Shown here: piece by piece, positions 1 through 12,480 of the stretch
How positions within the stretch are numbered: the stretch's first letter is position 1
Layout of the letters: every line of letters begins with the position of its first letter
Origin: Eledone cirrhosa
Taxonomy: Eukaryota
DNA: 64,000 nt
Reading direction: 5' to 3'
Assembly: GCA_964016885.1 (NCBI GenBank)
Contig: OZ024740.1
Coordinates: forward strand, 113,708,001-113,772,000
Position numbers and translations under genes: made by a program
The notes under the pieces: generated by a model
The model's database searches: none
The model's input: only the letters and a program-made list of their open reading frames with translations
What the model was told of the DNA's origin: nothing

Positions 1-14
1 TCGCTTTTATTTAT

Positions 15-93
<79 letters not shown>

Positions 94-218
94 ATAATTC
101 GAGAGGGTCATGTTGCTAATAAGAAGCACACGCACCAGTTGCTTTCACTTCAATTTATTATAAATTAAATTTATAAATTTCCGGTTGGTTGGTTGGTTCC
201 ACAACCAGACGATTGTTC

Positions 219-549
219 AACTAGAAATGTAGTATATCGCATAAGATGTACTGAAGGACAATGTAGAGATAAGAATATAGTGTATATATGTGTGACAGCT
301 CGTAGTATAGGAGAACGGATAAATGAACACTGGCGAGAGCTTCAAAATAGTAAAGAATCAGCTGTGCTTTACCAACATGCTAATATAGGACATAAGGGTA
401 AATTAGAGAACATAAAAATAGACATAGAATCTACACACAGAAAAGACGCAATGTTTAGACAAAACACAGAGGCAATAAACATAAATGAACTCCAACCAAA
501 ATTAAATAGAAAGCATGAATGGAATAGCAACATCACAACTTACAATTAA
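219..549 (+). pseudogene. GIY-YIG endonuclease fragment of Penelope-like element family 1
   Basis: ORF 193..549: VVY...YIC(G)VT-R-ER-EH...E-IN...LN pattern. The N-terminal residues come from the inverted LTR piece. Confidence 0.8.
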
Positions 550-740
550 GGACAAAATGAAAACACACATAGAACAAACAACCAACCAGTAACATGTAAA
601 TAAACAAATAAATGAACAAATATAAACACACACAGACACCCGGATGTAGCCCATGCGCAAACTAAGCACACAACACACACAAAACAAGATGGCGTAGGAC
701 AGAACAAAGGAGAGGCACAAAAACAAAGAAAATAATCCCC

Positions 741-785
741 AGTCATTGAAGAGGTCACAGAATGTGTGACGAAAGAACTTTGACA
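741..785 (+). ncRNA. Degenerate minimal type I hammerhead motif (PLE family 1 pLTR)
   Basis: AGTCA-TTGAAGA-G-GTCACA-gaatg-TGTGAC-GAAA-GAAC-TT-TGACA. It has C3->T relative to the intact copy at 3296-3340. Confidence 0.55.
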
Positions 786-983
786 ATATATGAACAATCG
801 TCTGGTTGTGGAACCAACCAACCAACCAACCGGAAATTTATAAATTTATAAATTTAATTTATAATAAAATGAAGTGAAAGCAACTAGTGCGTGTGTTTCT
901 TGTTGGCAACATGAGTATGACAATATCGGTTTCAATACACGTTTTCAGATAAAGGATCTTGCTAAACAAATTCAGAAACGAAA

Positions 984-1336
<353 letters not shown>

Positions 1337-1338
1337 AA

Positions 1339-1544
1339 AATGGAACGATCGACTTTCGTCAAATCGGACCGAGGGAACACGGTTACCGTTGGTCTTTCCA
1401 ATTGCTAATACTATCTATCGGTCGCAACTCCAGGTAGAAGGAGCAACGTGAAATAAAGTGTCTTGCTCAAGGACATAACGCATCGCCTGGTCCAGGAATC
1501 GAACTCACATCCAATTCTCTAGCCACTCAGCCACACGCCTTCAC
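1339..1544 (-). mobile_element. tRNA-derived SINE (family A)
   Basis: Minus strand reads GTGAAGGCGTGTGGCTGAGTGG (A-box)...GAGTTCGATTCC (B-box)...GTCCTTGAGCAAGACACTTTATTTCACGTTGCTCC; homologous to 2583-2700. Confidence 0.85.
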
Positions 1545-1576
<32 letters not shown>

Positions 1577-1580
1577 TATA

Positions 1581-1702
<122 letters not shown>

Positions 1703-1868
1703 TAGTATATTTACGAACATATGCGTACAGATGTACACTAATGCTAGCAAATACATAAGTTATGTCATAGTACCTAGGTGGTTCAATGCAGGTGGATGCA
1801 GAACAATTATATGAAAGACGTAAAATAAGAAAAATTTAAAAATTAAAAATTAACTTACTAAAATTTTC

Positions 1869-1950
1869 ACTCCAACTAATTAGTTTCTGTAATGGTATAA
1901 AGATAGTTACGTAATGTAACTGTCGAGAATTCATTACGTCATCAGGGAGT
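1869..1950 (-). ncRNA. Type I hammerhead motif (533-nt family)
   Basis: ACTCC-CTGATGA-cGTAATG...CATTACa-GAAA-CTAATTAG-TT-GGAGT; palindromic stem III ACTAATTAGT. Confidence 0.8.
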
Positions 1951-2401
1951 CTATTCTCAGCTAAGTCTCCAGGCAATGCGCGGACACTAGTGACTCATAT
2001 AAAAATAATAATAATTCGGTGGATGAAACAGCTAGCGAGGACTGAATTCCAAAGCACTGAAAAAGTTCACTGCCTCTGGTCAAATGGCAGATTCTAAAGA
2101 ATCAATCACGTGACGCTGAGGCTAGTCGGAAGGAGTGGGGTAGTAAAATGACAAAAGCCTACTACCACTACAATATGTTAGTAGTGGATTTGGCAGGTTT
2201 GCTCAACAAATAAATAATTTGGAGATAAATATAGAGAATTAGTATATCTACGAACATATGCGTACAGATGTACACTAATGCTAGCAAATACATAAGTTAT
2301 GTCATAATACCTAGGTGGTTCAATGCAGGAGGATGCAGAACAATTATATGAAAGACATAAAATAAGAAAAATTAAAAATTAACTTACTTACTAAAATTTT
2401 C

Positions 2402-2483
2402 ACTCCAACTAATTAGTTTCTGTAATGGGATAAAGATAGTTACGTATTGTAACTGTCGAGAATTCATTACGTCATCAGGGAGT
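2402..2483 (-). ncRNA. Type I hammerhead motif (533-nt family)
   Basis: Same fold as 1869-1950, 533 nt away. Confidence 0.8.
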
Positions 2484-2582
2484 CTATTCTCAGCTAAGTC
2501 TCCAGGCAATGCGCGGACACTAGGGACTCATATAAAAATAATAATAATTCGGTGGATGGAACACATATATATATGTATGTTT

Positions 2583-2830
2583 GTGAAGGCGCATGGCTTA
2601 GTGGTTAAAGCATTGGGTTTGCAATCGAAACGTTGTGAGTTCAATTCTCGGACCGTGTGATGTGTTGTTTCCTTGAGCAAGGCACTTTATTTCACGTTTA
2701 TCAGCTGTAGAAATGAGTACCGGCCTGCCCGCCCAGCCAGTGGGATGGCGTTATCTTATGGCTAAAACAGTACCACGTGCTGTGACCAGCGGCGCCGATT
2801 GGCGCCCGACAGACTGGTCCGTCAAGGTGA
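2583..2830 (+). mobile_element. tRNA-derived SINE (family A)
   Basis: TGGCTTAGTGG A-box, GAGTTCAATTC B-box, CCTTGAGCAAGGCACTTTATTTCACGTT core. Confidence 0.85.
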
Positions 2831-2840
2831 TATATATATT

Positions 2841-3045
2841 TATTTATTAAAATAACAGATCAAATTTTAAGCAAAGAATCGCTGCTTTCGCCCTTAACGG
2901 GATCTTCTGCAACACCAATTCTTTGCTTAAACGTTGATCTGTTATTTTAATAAATATTTGCTCTACGGTTCTTATATATTTGATATATATTCATCCTTAT
3001 CGAGCCCTCCTTGTATTTTAGTCTTCAAATTTATTATTATTACTA
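2841..3045 (+). mobile_element. Short fold-back element (probable PLE pLTR remnant) carrying the CAGAAGA-core hammerhead variant on the minus arm
   Basis: Arms ~2843-2879 and ~2918-2954 are reverse complements. A near-identical composite lies at 45894-46092 and a related piece at 35725-35830. Confidence 0.65.
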
Positions 3046-3295
3046 TATATATATATATATATATTTCGTTTCTGAATTTGTTTAGCAAGATTCTTTATCT
3101 GAAATCGTGTGTTGAAACCGATATTGTTATACTTTGGGAGGGTCATGTTGCCAATAAGAAACACACGCACCAGTTGCTTTCACTTCAATTTATTATATAT
3201 TTATAAATTCATAAATTTACAAATCTACAAACTCATAAATTATAAATTTCTGGTTGGTTTGTTGGTTCCACAACCAGATAGTTGTTTATATATAT

Positions 3296-3340
3296 AGTCA
3301 TAGTCCTTTCGTCACACACTCTGTGACCTCTTCAGTGACT
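3296..3340 (-). ncRNA. Minimal type I hammerhead motif (PLE family 1 pLTR)
   Basis: AGTCA-CTGAAGA-G-GTCACA-gagtg-TGTGAC-GAAA-GGAC-TA-TGACT: 5-bp stem I, 6-bp stem II, minimal stem III. Confidence 0.8.
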
Positions 3341-3617
3341 GGGGATTCCTTTCTTCGTTTCTGTGCCTTTTCTTTCTTCTATCCTACGCCATTTTGTTTC
3401 TGTGTGTGTGTTGTGTGCTCAGTTTGCGCATGTGCCACATCCGGGTGTCTGTGTGTGTTTGTGTTCATTTTTCTATTTGTTTATTTATTTATTGTTGGTT
3501 GGTTGTTTGTTCTATGTGTGTGTGTGTTTTCATTTTGTCCTGTGTGTGTTTTCATTTTGTGTGTGTTTTCAATTGTAAGTTGTTTGTTCTATGTGTGTGT
3601 GTGTTTTCATTTTGTCC

Positions 3618-4850
3618 TTAATTGTAAGTTGTGATGTTGCTGTTCCACTCATATTTTCTATTTAATTTTGGTTTTAATTATTTTATGCTTACTGCCTCTG
3701 TAATTTGCCTAAACATTGCGTCTTTTCTGTGCGTGGATTCTATTTTTATTTCTATGCTCTCTAATCTACCTCTGTGTTCTATCTTAGCATGTTGATAGAG
3801 CACAGATGATTCTTTATTATCTTGGAGGTCTCGCCAGTGTTCATTTATTCGTTCCCCTATACTACGAGCTGTCTCACCTTTGTACACTATATTTTTGTTT
3901 CTACATTGTCCTTCAGTACATCTTATGCTATACACTACATTTCTAGTTTTACAGTTAATATGGGGGCTTATTTTACAGGTTATACATTTCTTATCTATAC
4001 ATGAGGGTCTTTGGAACGGGTATGTCTTGCTAATAAGTGTTTTTACGGAGGTACCAGGTCTTTCTACTATCTTAATATTGAGATTATGTTTATTTAGGGC
4101 CCTTCTAAATTTGTAGGCTAGTTCGCCTCTAGTGGTTGTATTGATGAACATTACACTCTGGTATTTATTGCTATCATACCATGAGTTTATTCTATTGGCC
4201 TTGTTCCTAGTTCTTTCTATTCTATTCCAAAATTTGCTCCTATACAAGGGGCAGGTCCCATTTATGTCATTATTTACCATGTTTTCCCATTTGGTTCTGG
4301 CTCCTTTATACACTCTGATTCTATCTCTCTGAGTGTAGCCAGAGAACTGCATACGGTGGATGAAGTGTTGTATGTGTCTCTCTAGTTCTTCGGGGTTGCA
4401 CATGCGGGACACATTTCTCATCACCCGTACCAAATCCGCAATCAGTATGTTGATTTTGGTATGGTCCGAAATGGCCGAGTTTCGGTGGATCAGATGTTTG
4501 GAAGTCATGGGTTTGGCATAATGGGAATGGAGGATTTGTTTTTGGTTGTTAATGGTATCTAATCAGAGCTCTGTGTCTAGTACAGGTAATCGATGGTTGG
4601 GGTGTCTAATTGGGTAGTCTATAGTAACTCTAATGCTCTGGTGGATGGAGTTTGCTATTTGCTGGATGCTTTCCATTGTGTTTTTCTCTAGTTCCTGACT
4701 GTTCTTTAGTGGGGGTGTCTTAACTACGATGTTTATATCATCTACGTAGCGGGAGTACATTATCAGGGTTAAGCTGTCTTCTAATTGTTCATTAAGTTTT
4801 TGTTTAAGTCTACTGTCCCACCATACCATGAATAAGTTAGCTATGTCGCC
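3618..4850 (-). pseudogene. PLE reverse transcriptase / GIY-YIG endonuclease, disrupted
   Basis: In-frame stops at ~4563 and ~3678. The C-terminus LKPKLNRKYEWNSNITTYN matches the 193..549 ORF. Confidence 0.88.
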
Positions 4851-5015
4851 TGCGTTATGGTCCACCTGGTTCCTTACCACATTTCCTTCCTTATATATAT
4901 ATATATATATATACATATATATAAGGAAGGAAATGTGGTAACGAAACAGGTGGACCATAACGCACCAAAGTACTCAATACTTAGGATAGTAGAGTAAGTA
5001 ATAGGAACCAGTAAG

Positions 5016-5109
5016 ACCCCGACGGCTGAGTTCAAGCCGTTTTGACGGCTAATTCTGGACTAAATGAAAATTTATCCTGGTATATAAATAGCCGAGCTTC
5101 TCAAGGGGT
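5016..5109 (-). ncRNA. U3-A8 variant hammerhead motif in the inverted pLTR (G12->A, probably inactive)
   Basis: ACCCC-TTGAGAA-G..CGGCTA...TAGCCG.C-AAAA-CGGCT..AGCCG-TC-GGGGT. Confidence 0.6.
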
Positions 5110-6576
5110 AATTCCATATATGGTCAAAGTGATTGTCACAAGGATTGGTCACAAGTTAGTAGTAATTCTGTGATGGCAAATTAGTGGGGGAGAGGGTGGC
5201 TAAACCTGCCAGTAGGAGAAAGAGGGGAGGGTCTGGAGTAGACCCAATCATGCGTTGGTAGTGCCGGCTACAGCTGGGCATGAGGTCAAAGAAGATACTA
5301 GGGAGGGGGAGGGGGAGGAAGTCGAAACGGTAAGTAGAACAATAAAGGGTAAAAATATATATATGAAAACAAAAATACTGCGAGTGATAAAAAGCGAATA
5401 AATGTAAAGAAAAAAATATAAGCAATTTCTACGACCCAAGTCTCTAGCTAGTGCTAGGCTAGATAAATAAATAAATAAAGAAAGAAAGAAATAAAGAAAG
5501 AAATAAAGAAATAAAGAAATAAAGAAATGAAAAAATAAGTAAATAAACTAGGTGGGATGGAATAGGAAAGGACCCTTTTAAGAGGTATAAGTACGTATAT
5601 CATACGGTGACGGGTCAACAATGGGGGCCAAAATGCTAAAGAAACTACTACGAAATAATTAATAAAGGATTCTACCCCGGGCACAAGGCCAGCAACCACC
5701 CAGTGCAGAAAAGTAAACTAGTACGAGATAATAATTCTGAGTCCCGAAAAAAATATTCTAATGCTAACTCTAATGGTACCGCCACGCTACAAAAGTTCTT
5801 ATACAAGCTACAAGATAGTTCGTACGAGGTAAACGTAGAATACGGAAAAATAAATTCAGAATCTACCCCGCCCCAAAAAAAGAGAAGAAAGAAATACTGA
5901 AACGAGAAATTAAGGCAGAGGTGCCACTTAGAAATATAGAAGGCACGGAAAAGGGGAATCGGTCGGATAAGGGGGCAAGTATCCGAGGTCTAACACAACT
6001 GCTATAAAAAGCGGAGTCCACCGAATCTATCATAGACTAGGGTAGGGGTTGGGGGTACTGAGGCTACAAGGGGCCAAAGGGCTGCCTCGGGTGGGCGAGA
6101 AAAATACGCCGACAAAGAAAAAGAACTGGGGTAGAAGGACTAGGGAGGGATGGGGGAAGAAGGAAATATAGAGGAAGCAAGCAGGGGTTACCCATTACAA
6201 AATCGGCAAGTGGGGTGTTATAGCCCTAGTCTACCCCCCCCCCCCCCGGGTCATTATGGGGTTTGAGGGCGAGGTAAGTCCTACGCAATCTATGTTTACA
6301 TGCAGTAACCAGTTCATCTTTCTTGTTTAGGAGTTGGTCCGTCGAAAAAAGCATTTGTAAAGTTTCCTCCGAGCATAAATCGCACGGACGGCGTCCTCCC
6401 GTGTAAGAGTTGGCTCTGGACAGTAATCTCCAAGTGAAATCATAGGTGATGTTGTTGTCCTTGAGGTCCCACTTTTCCTTCGTTATCTAGCTCCTATTCC
6501 CGTAGTAGAGCACTTTCCGACCCTACCACGCCGTATCCAGACTTTTCCGCTAAGCTCAATTTCTTTCACCCGCACC

Positions 6577-8715
6577 ATGCGAAAACACAACATCGACTTC
6601 TCTACCAAGAACATCCCAATCCCACCGAAAAGACTTTACCTTCGGATGCTCACGCAAAAAATCAATCTATTTGCGAAAAGACTTAGATGGAGAACTTTTT
6701 TCTACGACAGATATTTCGACAACCAGGACTTCGGCACCAAGGAGAGATTCGGATTTATTACCTACAAATCTCCCCCCCCCCCCCACCGAACCCTTTGCTC
6801 TCACCCTTCGAGAATGACCTCTTCCAACTGGTCAAGAACATTAATTTCAAACCCAGACACAACCGATTCCTACAAAAACTCCGTAGCAACTTAACAGAGT
6901 ATGATAACACCAATGATATCATGGTGCATTCGGATAAAACTGGGAACCTATACTTTGTCAACCCTGACAGATACCACACACTGATCAGGAGCAGCCTAAA
7001 CTCCACCTATAAAAAGGCCAACCACTCATGCATCGAGGACATAAATCGAGATGGACAACAAATTACCTCCAGAGTCGGGGTCGCCGACCGCACGGAACCC
7101 CACGGACACCCTACTTCACACTGAAGGACCACAAATCAGATTTCGACCGTAAACCCTCTATCAGGCTTATTAACCCAACGAAGTCCGATATAGGGAGAAT
7201 CAGCAAAAAAATCCTAGACCGCGTGATACCAAAAGTCAAGAAACACGCCCGACTTAGCCTATGGTTCAACACCCAGGAAGTAATCTCATGGTCAGCAATA
7301 TGGAGGATAAACGAGACACTAAATTCATCCAGTTCGACATAGAGAGCTACTATGCTTCAATCACCTTACCGCTACTTACCGCTGCCTTGGACTTCGCTGA
7401 AACACTTGTGCCCATCACCGACCAGGAAAGAAAAATCATCCTCCACGCCAGGAAGACAGTCTTACTCTTTGACAACTCCAAATGGATAAAAAGAGCTCCC
7501 GACTCACCCTTCGACGTCAGCATGGGCGCTACGGATTCGGCGGAGGTCACAGATCTTATAGGATTATTCCTAATAGCCAAACTCACCGATATGTTTCCTG
7601 CATTCGGTGGTGGATTGTACCGTATTAATGGGCTCCTTACCCTTAAAGGGTACAACCCCAGTAGTACAGATCGGGTCCGGAAACAATTAATCAGCTTCTT
7701 CCGAGACTGGGGATTTAAAATAACCCAACTAACGTCCCTGACCCGAATAAACTTCCTGGACGTTACCCTCGACCTCGAAAACGACCTGTACTACCCATAC
7801 AGGAAACCTAATGACAGCCTGCACTACATTCACCGCCGATCAAACCATCCTAGGAACATCACCAACAACCTGGTCAAAAACATCTCCCTCCGCATATCCC
7901 GTTTGTCAGCTAATGAGCGGATATTCGATGAACATGCGCCTTATTACAACCAGGCCCTCAAGCGGAGTGGTTTCCGGGAGGAAATATCCTACTGTCCAGC
8001 TACCATTAGCGGAACCAGCAGGCGACACCGCCGCTCACGCAATGTAACATGGTTCAATCCTCTCCACAACGCAGAGGTGACAACTCCCATCGGGAAACTA
8101 TTCTTTAGGCTCATTGAAAAACACTTCCCACTACAACACCGCTACCACAACATAATTAACAAAAATACCATCAAACTCTCTTACAGCACTACACCAAACT
8201 TCACACAAAACATCGTCTCCTCTAACAAAAAATAACTCAACCCCGATGGAAGAAATAACCTAAATAGCAGTGGAGAGCCGACCAGGAGGTGCAACTGTCC
8301 TGATAGATCCATTTTCCCCCTCGACAACAGATGCAGAGACCGTAATGTGATCTACCAGTGCAACGTGAGGACGGACACCTCCAACAAAGCTTATATAGGA
8401 CTAACCGCATCTGACTTCAAGACCCAGCTATACCAACATAGACATACCTTCCGAAACCCGGCCCGGCGTCACGCTACTACACTTTCGGGTCACATATGGG
8501 ACCTCAAGGACAACAACATCACCTATGATCTCACTAGGAGATTACTGTCCAGAGCCAACTCTTACACGGGAGGACGCCGTCCGTGCAATTTATGCTCGGA
8601 GGAAACTTTACAAATGCTGTTTTCGACGGACCAACTCCTAAACAAGAAAGATGAACTGGTTACTGCATGTAAACATAGATTGCGTTCGGACTTACCTCGC
8701 CCTCAAACCCCATAA
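6577..8715 (+). pseudogene. PLE RT + C-terminal GIY-YIG endonuclease (KNIPIP / FDVSMG / GLYRDDG type), disrupted
   Basis: ORFs 6577..6894, 6687..7124, 7028..7342, 7261..8235 and 8347..8715 tile one protein. Frameshifts at the poly-C near 6775, ~7108 and ~7295; catalytic YRDDG altered to YRING; stop at 8233; CNC linker; VIY...YIG...CNLC. Confidence 0.9.
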
Positions 8716-9901
8716 TGACCCGGGGGGGGGGGGTAGACTAGGGCTATAACACCCCACTTGCCGATTTTGTAATGGGTAACCCCTGCTTGCCAAGGGAGAC
8801 GTAAGATCTTCTTTTTATTCTTTTATCGCTTCCTCTATATATCCTTCTTCCACCCATCCTTCCCTAGTCCTTCTACCCCAGTTCTTTTTCTTTGTCGGCG
8901 CATTTTTCTCGCCCACCCGAGGCAGCCCTTTGGCCCGTTGTAGCCTCAGTACCCCCACCCCCTCTCCTAGTCTATGATAGATTCGGCGGACTCCGCTTTT
9001 TATAGCAGTTGTGTTAGACCTCGGAAAGTTGCCCCCTTATCCGACCGCTTCCCCTTCTTTTCGTGCCTTCTATATTTCTTAGTGGCACCTCTGCCTTAAT
9101 TTCTCGTTTCAGTATTTCTTTCTTCTCTTTTCTTTTGGGCGGGGTAGATTCTGAATTTATTTTTCCGTATTCTACTTTTACCTCGTACGAACTTTCTTGT
9201 AGCTTGCATAAGAACTTTTGTAGCGTGGCGGTACCATTAGAGTTAGCATTAGTATATTTTTTTCGGGACTCAGAATTATTATCTCGTATTAGTTTACTTT
9301 TCTGCACTGGGTGGTTGCTGGCCTTGTGCCTGGGGTATAAACCTTTATTAATTATTTCGTGGTAGTTTCTTTAGTATTTTGGCCCCCCATTGTTGACTCG
9401 TCACCGTATGATATAAGTACTTATACCTCTTAAAAGGGTCCTTTCCTAATCCGTCCCACCTAGTTTATTTACTTATTTTTTTATTTCTTTATTTCTTTAT
9501 TTATTTCTTTATTTCTTTATTTCTTTATTTCTTTATTTATTTATTTATCTAGCCTAGCACTAGCTAGAGACTTAGTTCGTAGAAATTGCTTATATTTTTT
9601 TCTTTACATTTATTCGCTTTTTATCACTCTCAGTATATTTTTTTTCATATATATATTTTTACCCTTTATTGTTCTACTTACCGTTTCGACTTCCTCCCCC
9701 TCCCTCTCCCTATTATCTTCTTTGACCTCACAGCCCAGCTGTAGCCGGCACTACCAACGCATGATTGGGTCTACTCCACCCCTCCCCTCTTTCTCCTACT
9801 GGCAGGTTTAGCCACCCTCTCCCCCACTAATTTGCCATCACAGAATTACTACTAACTTGTGACCAATCCTTGTGACAATCACTTTGACCATATATGGAAT
9901 T

Positions 9902-9995
9902 ACCCCTTGAGAAGCTCGGCTATTTATATACCAGGATAAATTTTCATTTAGTCCAGAATTAGCCGTCGAAACGGCTTGAGCTCAGCCGTCGGCGT
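9902..9995 (+). ncRNA. U3-A8 variant type I hammerhead motif in the 3' pLTR of PLE family 2
   Basis: ACCCC-TTGAGAA(9907-9913)-G..CGGCTA...TAGCCG.C-GAAA(9968-9971)-CGGCT-tgagctc-AGCCG-TC-GGCGT. Confidence 0.75.
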
Positions 9996-10005
9996 CTTAC
10001 TGGTT

Positions 10006-10066
<61 letters not shown>

Positions 10067-10341
10067 TTCAAGCGTAAAAAAACTCTTTTTATGTGAATAA
10101 AAACCAGATAGAGAAAAGAAATATTGTATCTAAACATGCTTATATAAAGCTTTGCCTACCATGGTTTCTTTTGCGGAAGAATTCTTATTGAAACCACCAA
10201 TAATTGAAAAATCTGCAATACGCCTCAGGAGACTTTAAATTCTCCAAAATTGACCAAAAAATAATATATTCTATATCATTTGGCGAGGCAGCAATTTGAA
10301 CAAAAACCACGTTGTGAAGTAGAAATATAACGTGATCCTAA

Positions 10342-11241
<900 letters not shown>

Positions 11242-11417
11242 TATATATAAAAGTAAGTAGGATCGAAGTCACTATTGCAACATATATATAAACTTTATTA
11301 GCTTCGAGCGCTTGGAACGGTGAATCACCTGTAACTGTAGTTACACATTTAACTATCACACACACACACACTAACTCACTCACATACATATATATATTAT
11401 GTGTGTGTTTGTGTGCG

Positions 11418-11755
11418 TATGTGTGTTTAAGTAAAAGCTAAACAGAAATAACAACACAATCGGTACTGTTTATGGAAGGAATATATTAGGTTAACGCTTG
11501 AAATAGCAGGAAGAGGGTCTTAACGTTTCGGACGCTGGTCCTTCGTCAGAAGAAAGAATGAGTAAAAATCTCTTTGGATAAAAATAACAGGTCAATACAT
11601 GTTGACATATATATATATATAAATATAAATATAAATATAAATATATATATATAGTTGAAAAAAAACAAAGAGTTGATAAAAACAGAGATGCAGTACAAAA
11701 AACAGAGACGCAGTACAAATGGTATGGTTTTTAGTATCACGCCTGAGAGTGGGAT
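11418..11755 (-). mobile_element. Non-coding repeat (probable PLE pLTR fragment) with minimal hammerhead; second copy at ~37840-38055
   Basis: Shared sequence AAACAGAAATAACAACACAATCGGTAC...CTTGAAATAGCAGGAA...TTTCGGACGCT...TCAGA in both loci. Confidence 0.7.
11518..11553 (-). ncRNA. Minimal type I hammerhead motif
   Basis: TCTT-CTGACGA-A-GGAC-cagc-GTCC-GAAA-CG-TT-AAGA; palindromic AACGTT in place of stem III. Confidence 0.75.
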
Positions 11756-11786
11756 ATATATATATATATATATATATATACACCCG

Positions 11787-12480
11787 TATCTATTGAGCGC
11801 TTGCCACACAATTCGGATTTTTTTTTTCGCTAATTTCCACTAGCCGAAATGCGATTCTCGCTAATTTATATTTGTATTAATCTCCAGAGTCTCGCTATTA
11901 ACCAGTTACATTTTTTTAGTTTTTTTAGTTAATTCTATTGACTGAATAATAGCTTATGTTTATTTTTAAAAACTATTCTGTAGAGAGCTTAATTCGTTTT
12001 GTGATATTTTGCAATTTTGCAATAAGCACACATACTGATTTCATCCACCAAAACTAGGGGTTCTCTCCCTTTTCAGTCCGCACGTGCGTTCAGATTACGG
12101 CGAGACCCGTAGCTTGGCACAGAACAAAATACCTGTTGAAAAAGTGACACCCTTGTTTGATCGTCATACCAAAAGCTTAGCATGATTTGCTTAAGCAGAC
12201 AGTACTTGATTTAGGAGTTGCAGAAACACTATACCGGATTTTACCACCATTTCCGAAGGGGTCCGGGTAAATTTTTCAATCATATATTATTATTTGTTTG
12301 ACCCGAATAGCTTGCTCGCTTGTCGGCTTTGTGGTTAATGGTTTAGCCATCGTCTCAGTGTGTATGGCCTTTTAACGTATATTTTATTGCTCTAGTACAC
12401 TTATATCTATTGAGCGCTTGCCACACAATTCGGAAGTTATTTTTCGCTAATTTCCACTAGCCGAAATGTGATTCTGGCTA

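Larger units (their letters stand above)
90..983 (+). mobile_element. Penelope-like element family 1, short 5'-truncated copy with inverted partial pseudo-LTR at its 5' end
   Basis: 219-549 encodes a GIY-YIG endonuclease C-terminal part (NVVYRIRC...YICVTARSIGERINEH...LN) closely similar to 3618-3960(-). 90-218 is the reverse complement of ~790-915. Flanked by (TA)n on both sides. Confidence 0.85.
3063..4850 (-). mobile_element. Penelope-like element family 1, 5'-truncated (RT C-terminal half + GIY-YIG + 3' pLTR)
   Basis: ORFs 4563..4958 (GDIANLFM, SRYVDD, LPVLD) and 3678..4508 (thumb, CxxxxCxxC linker, VVY...YKGETARSIGERINEH); 3' end abuts (TA)n. Confidence 0.9.
4851..10010 (+). mobile_element. 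Penelope-like element family 2, near full-length, with ~1.5-kb inverted pseudo-LTR upstream
   Basis: 5001-6471 is the reverse complement of 8497-10010. The central ORF encodes RT + GIY-YIG. Ends lie in (TA)n. An extra 43-bp inverted LTR tip is at 4851-4893. Confidence 0.92.

Noticed and set aside
2589-2655. tRNA gene
   Set aside because: A/B boxes are present but there is no cloverleaf, and the sequence continues into a repeated SINE body.
3618-8715. Selenocysteine read-through in the PLE ORFs (known for some Naiad PLEs)
   Set aside because: Both elements have a C-terminal endonuclease. Stops are mixed (TAA, one TGA at a likely Trp position) and the family 2 ORF also has frameshifts, which indicates ordinary decay.
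9014-9307. Antisense ORF MQKSKL... in the PLE family 2 LTR (also 5703..5900)
   Set aside because: Duplicated only through the inverted LTR, frameshifted between the arms, non-ATG start, no domain.
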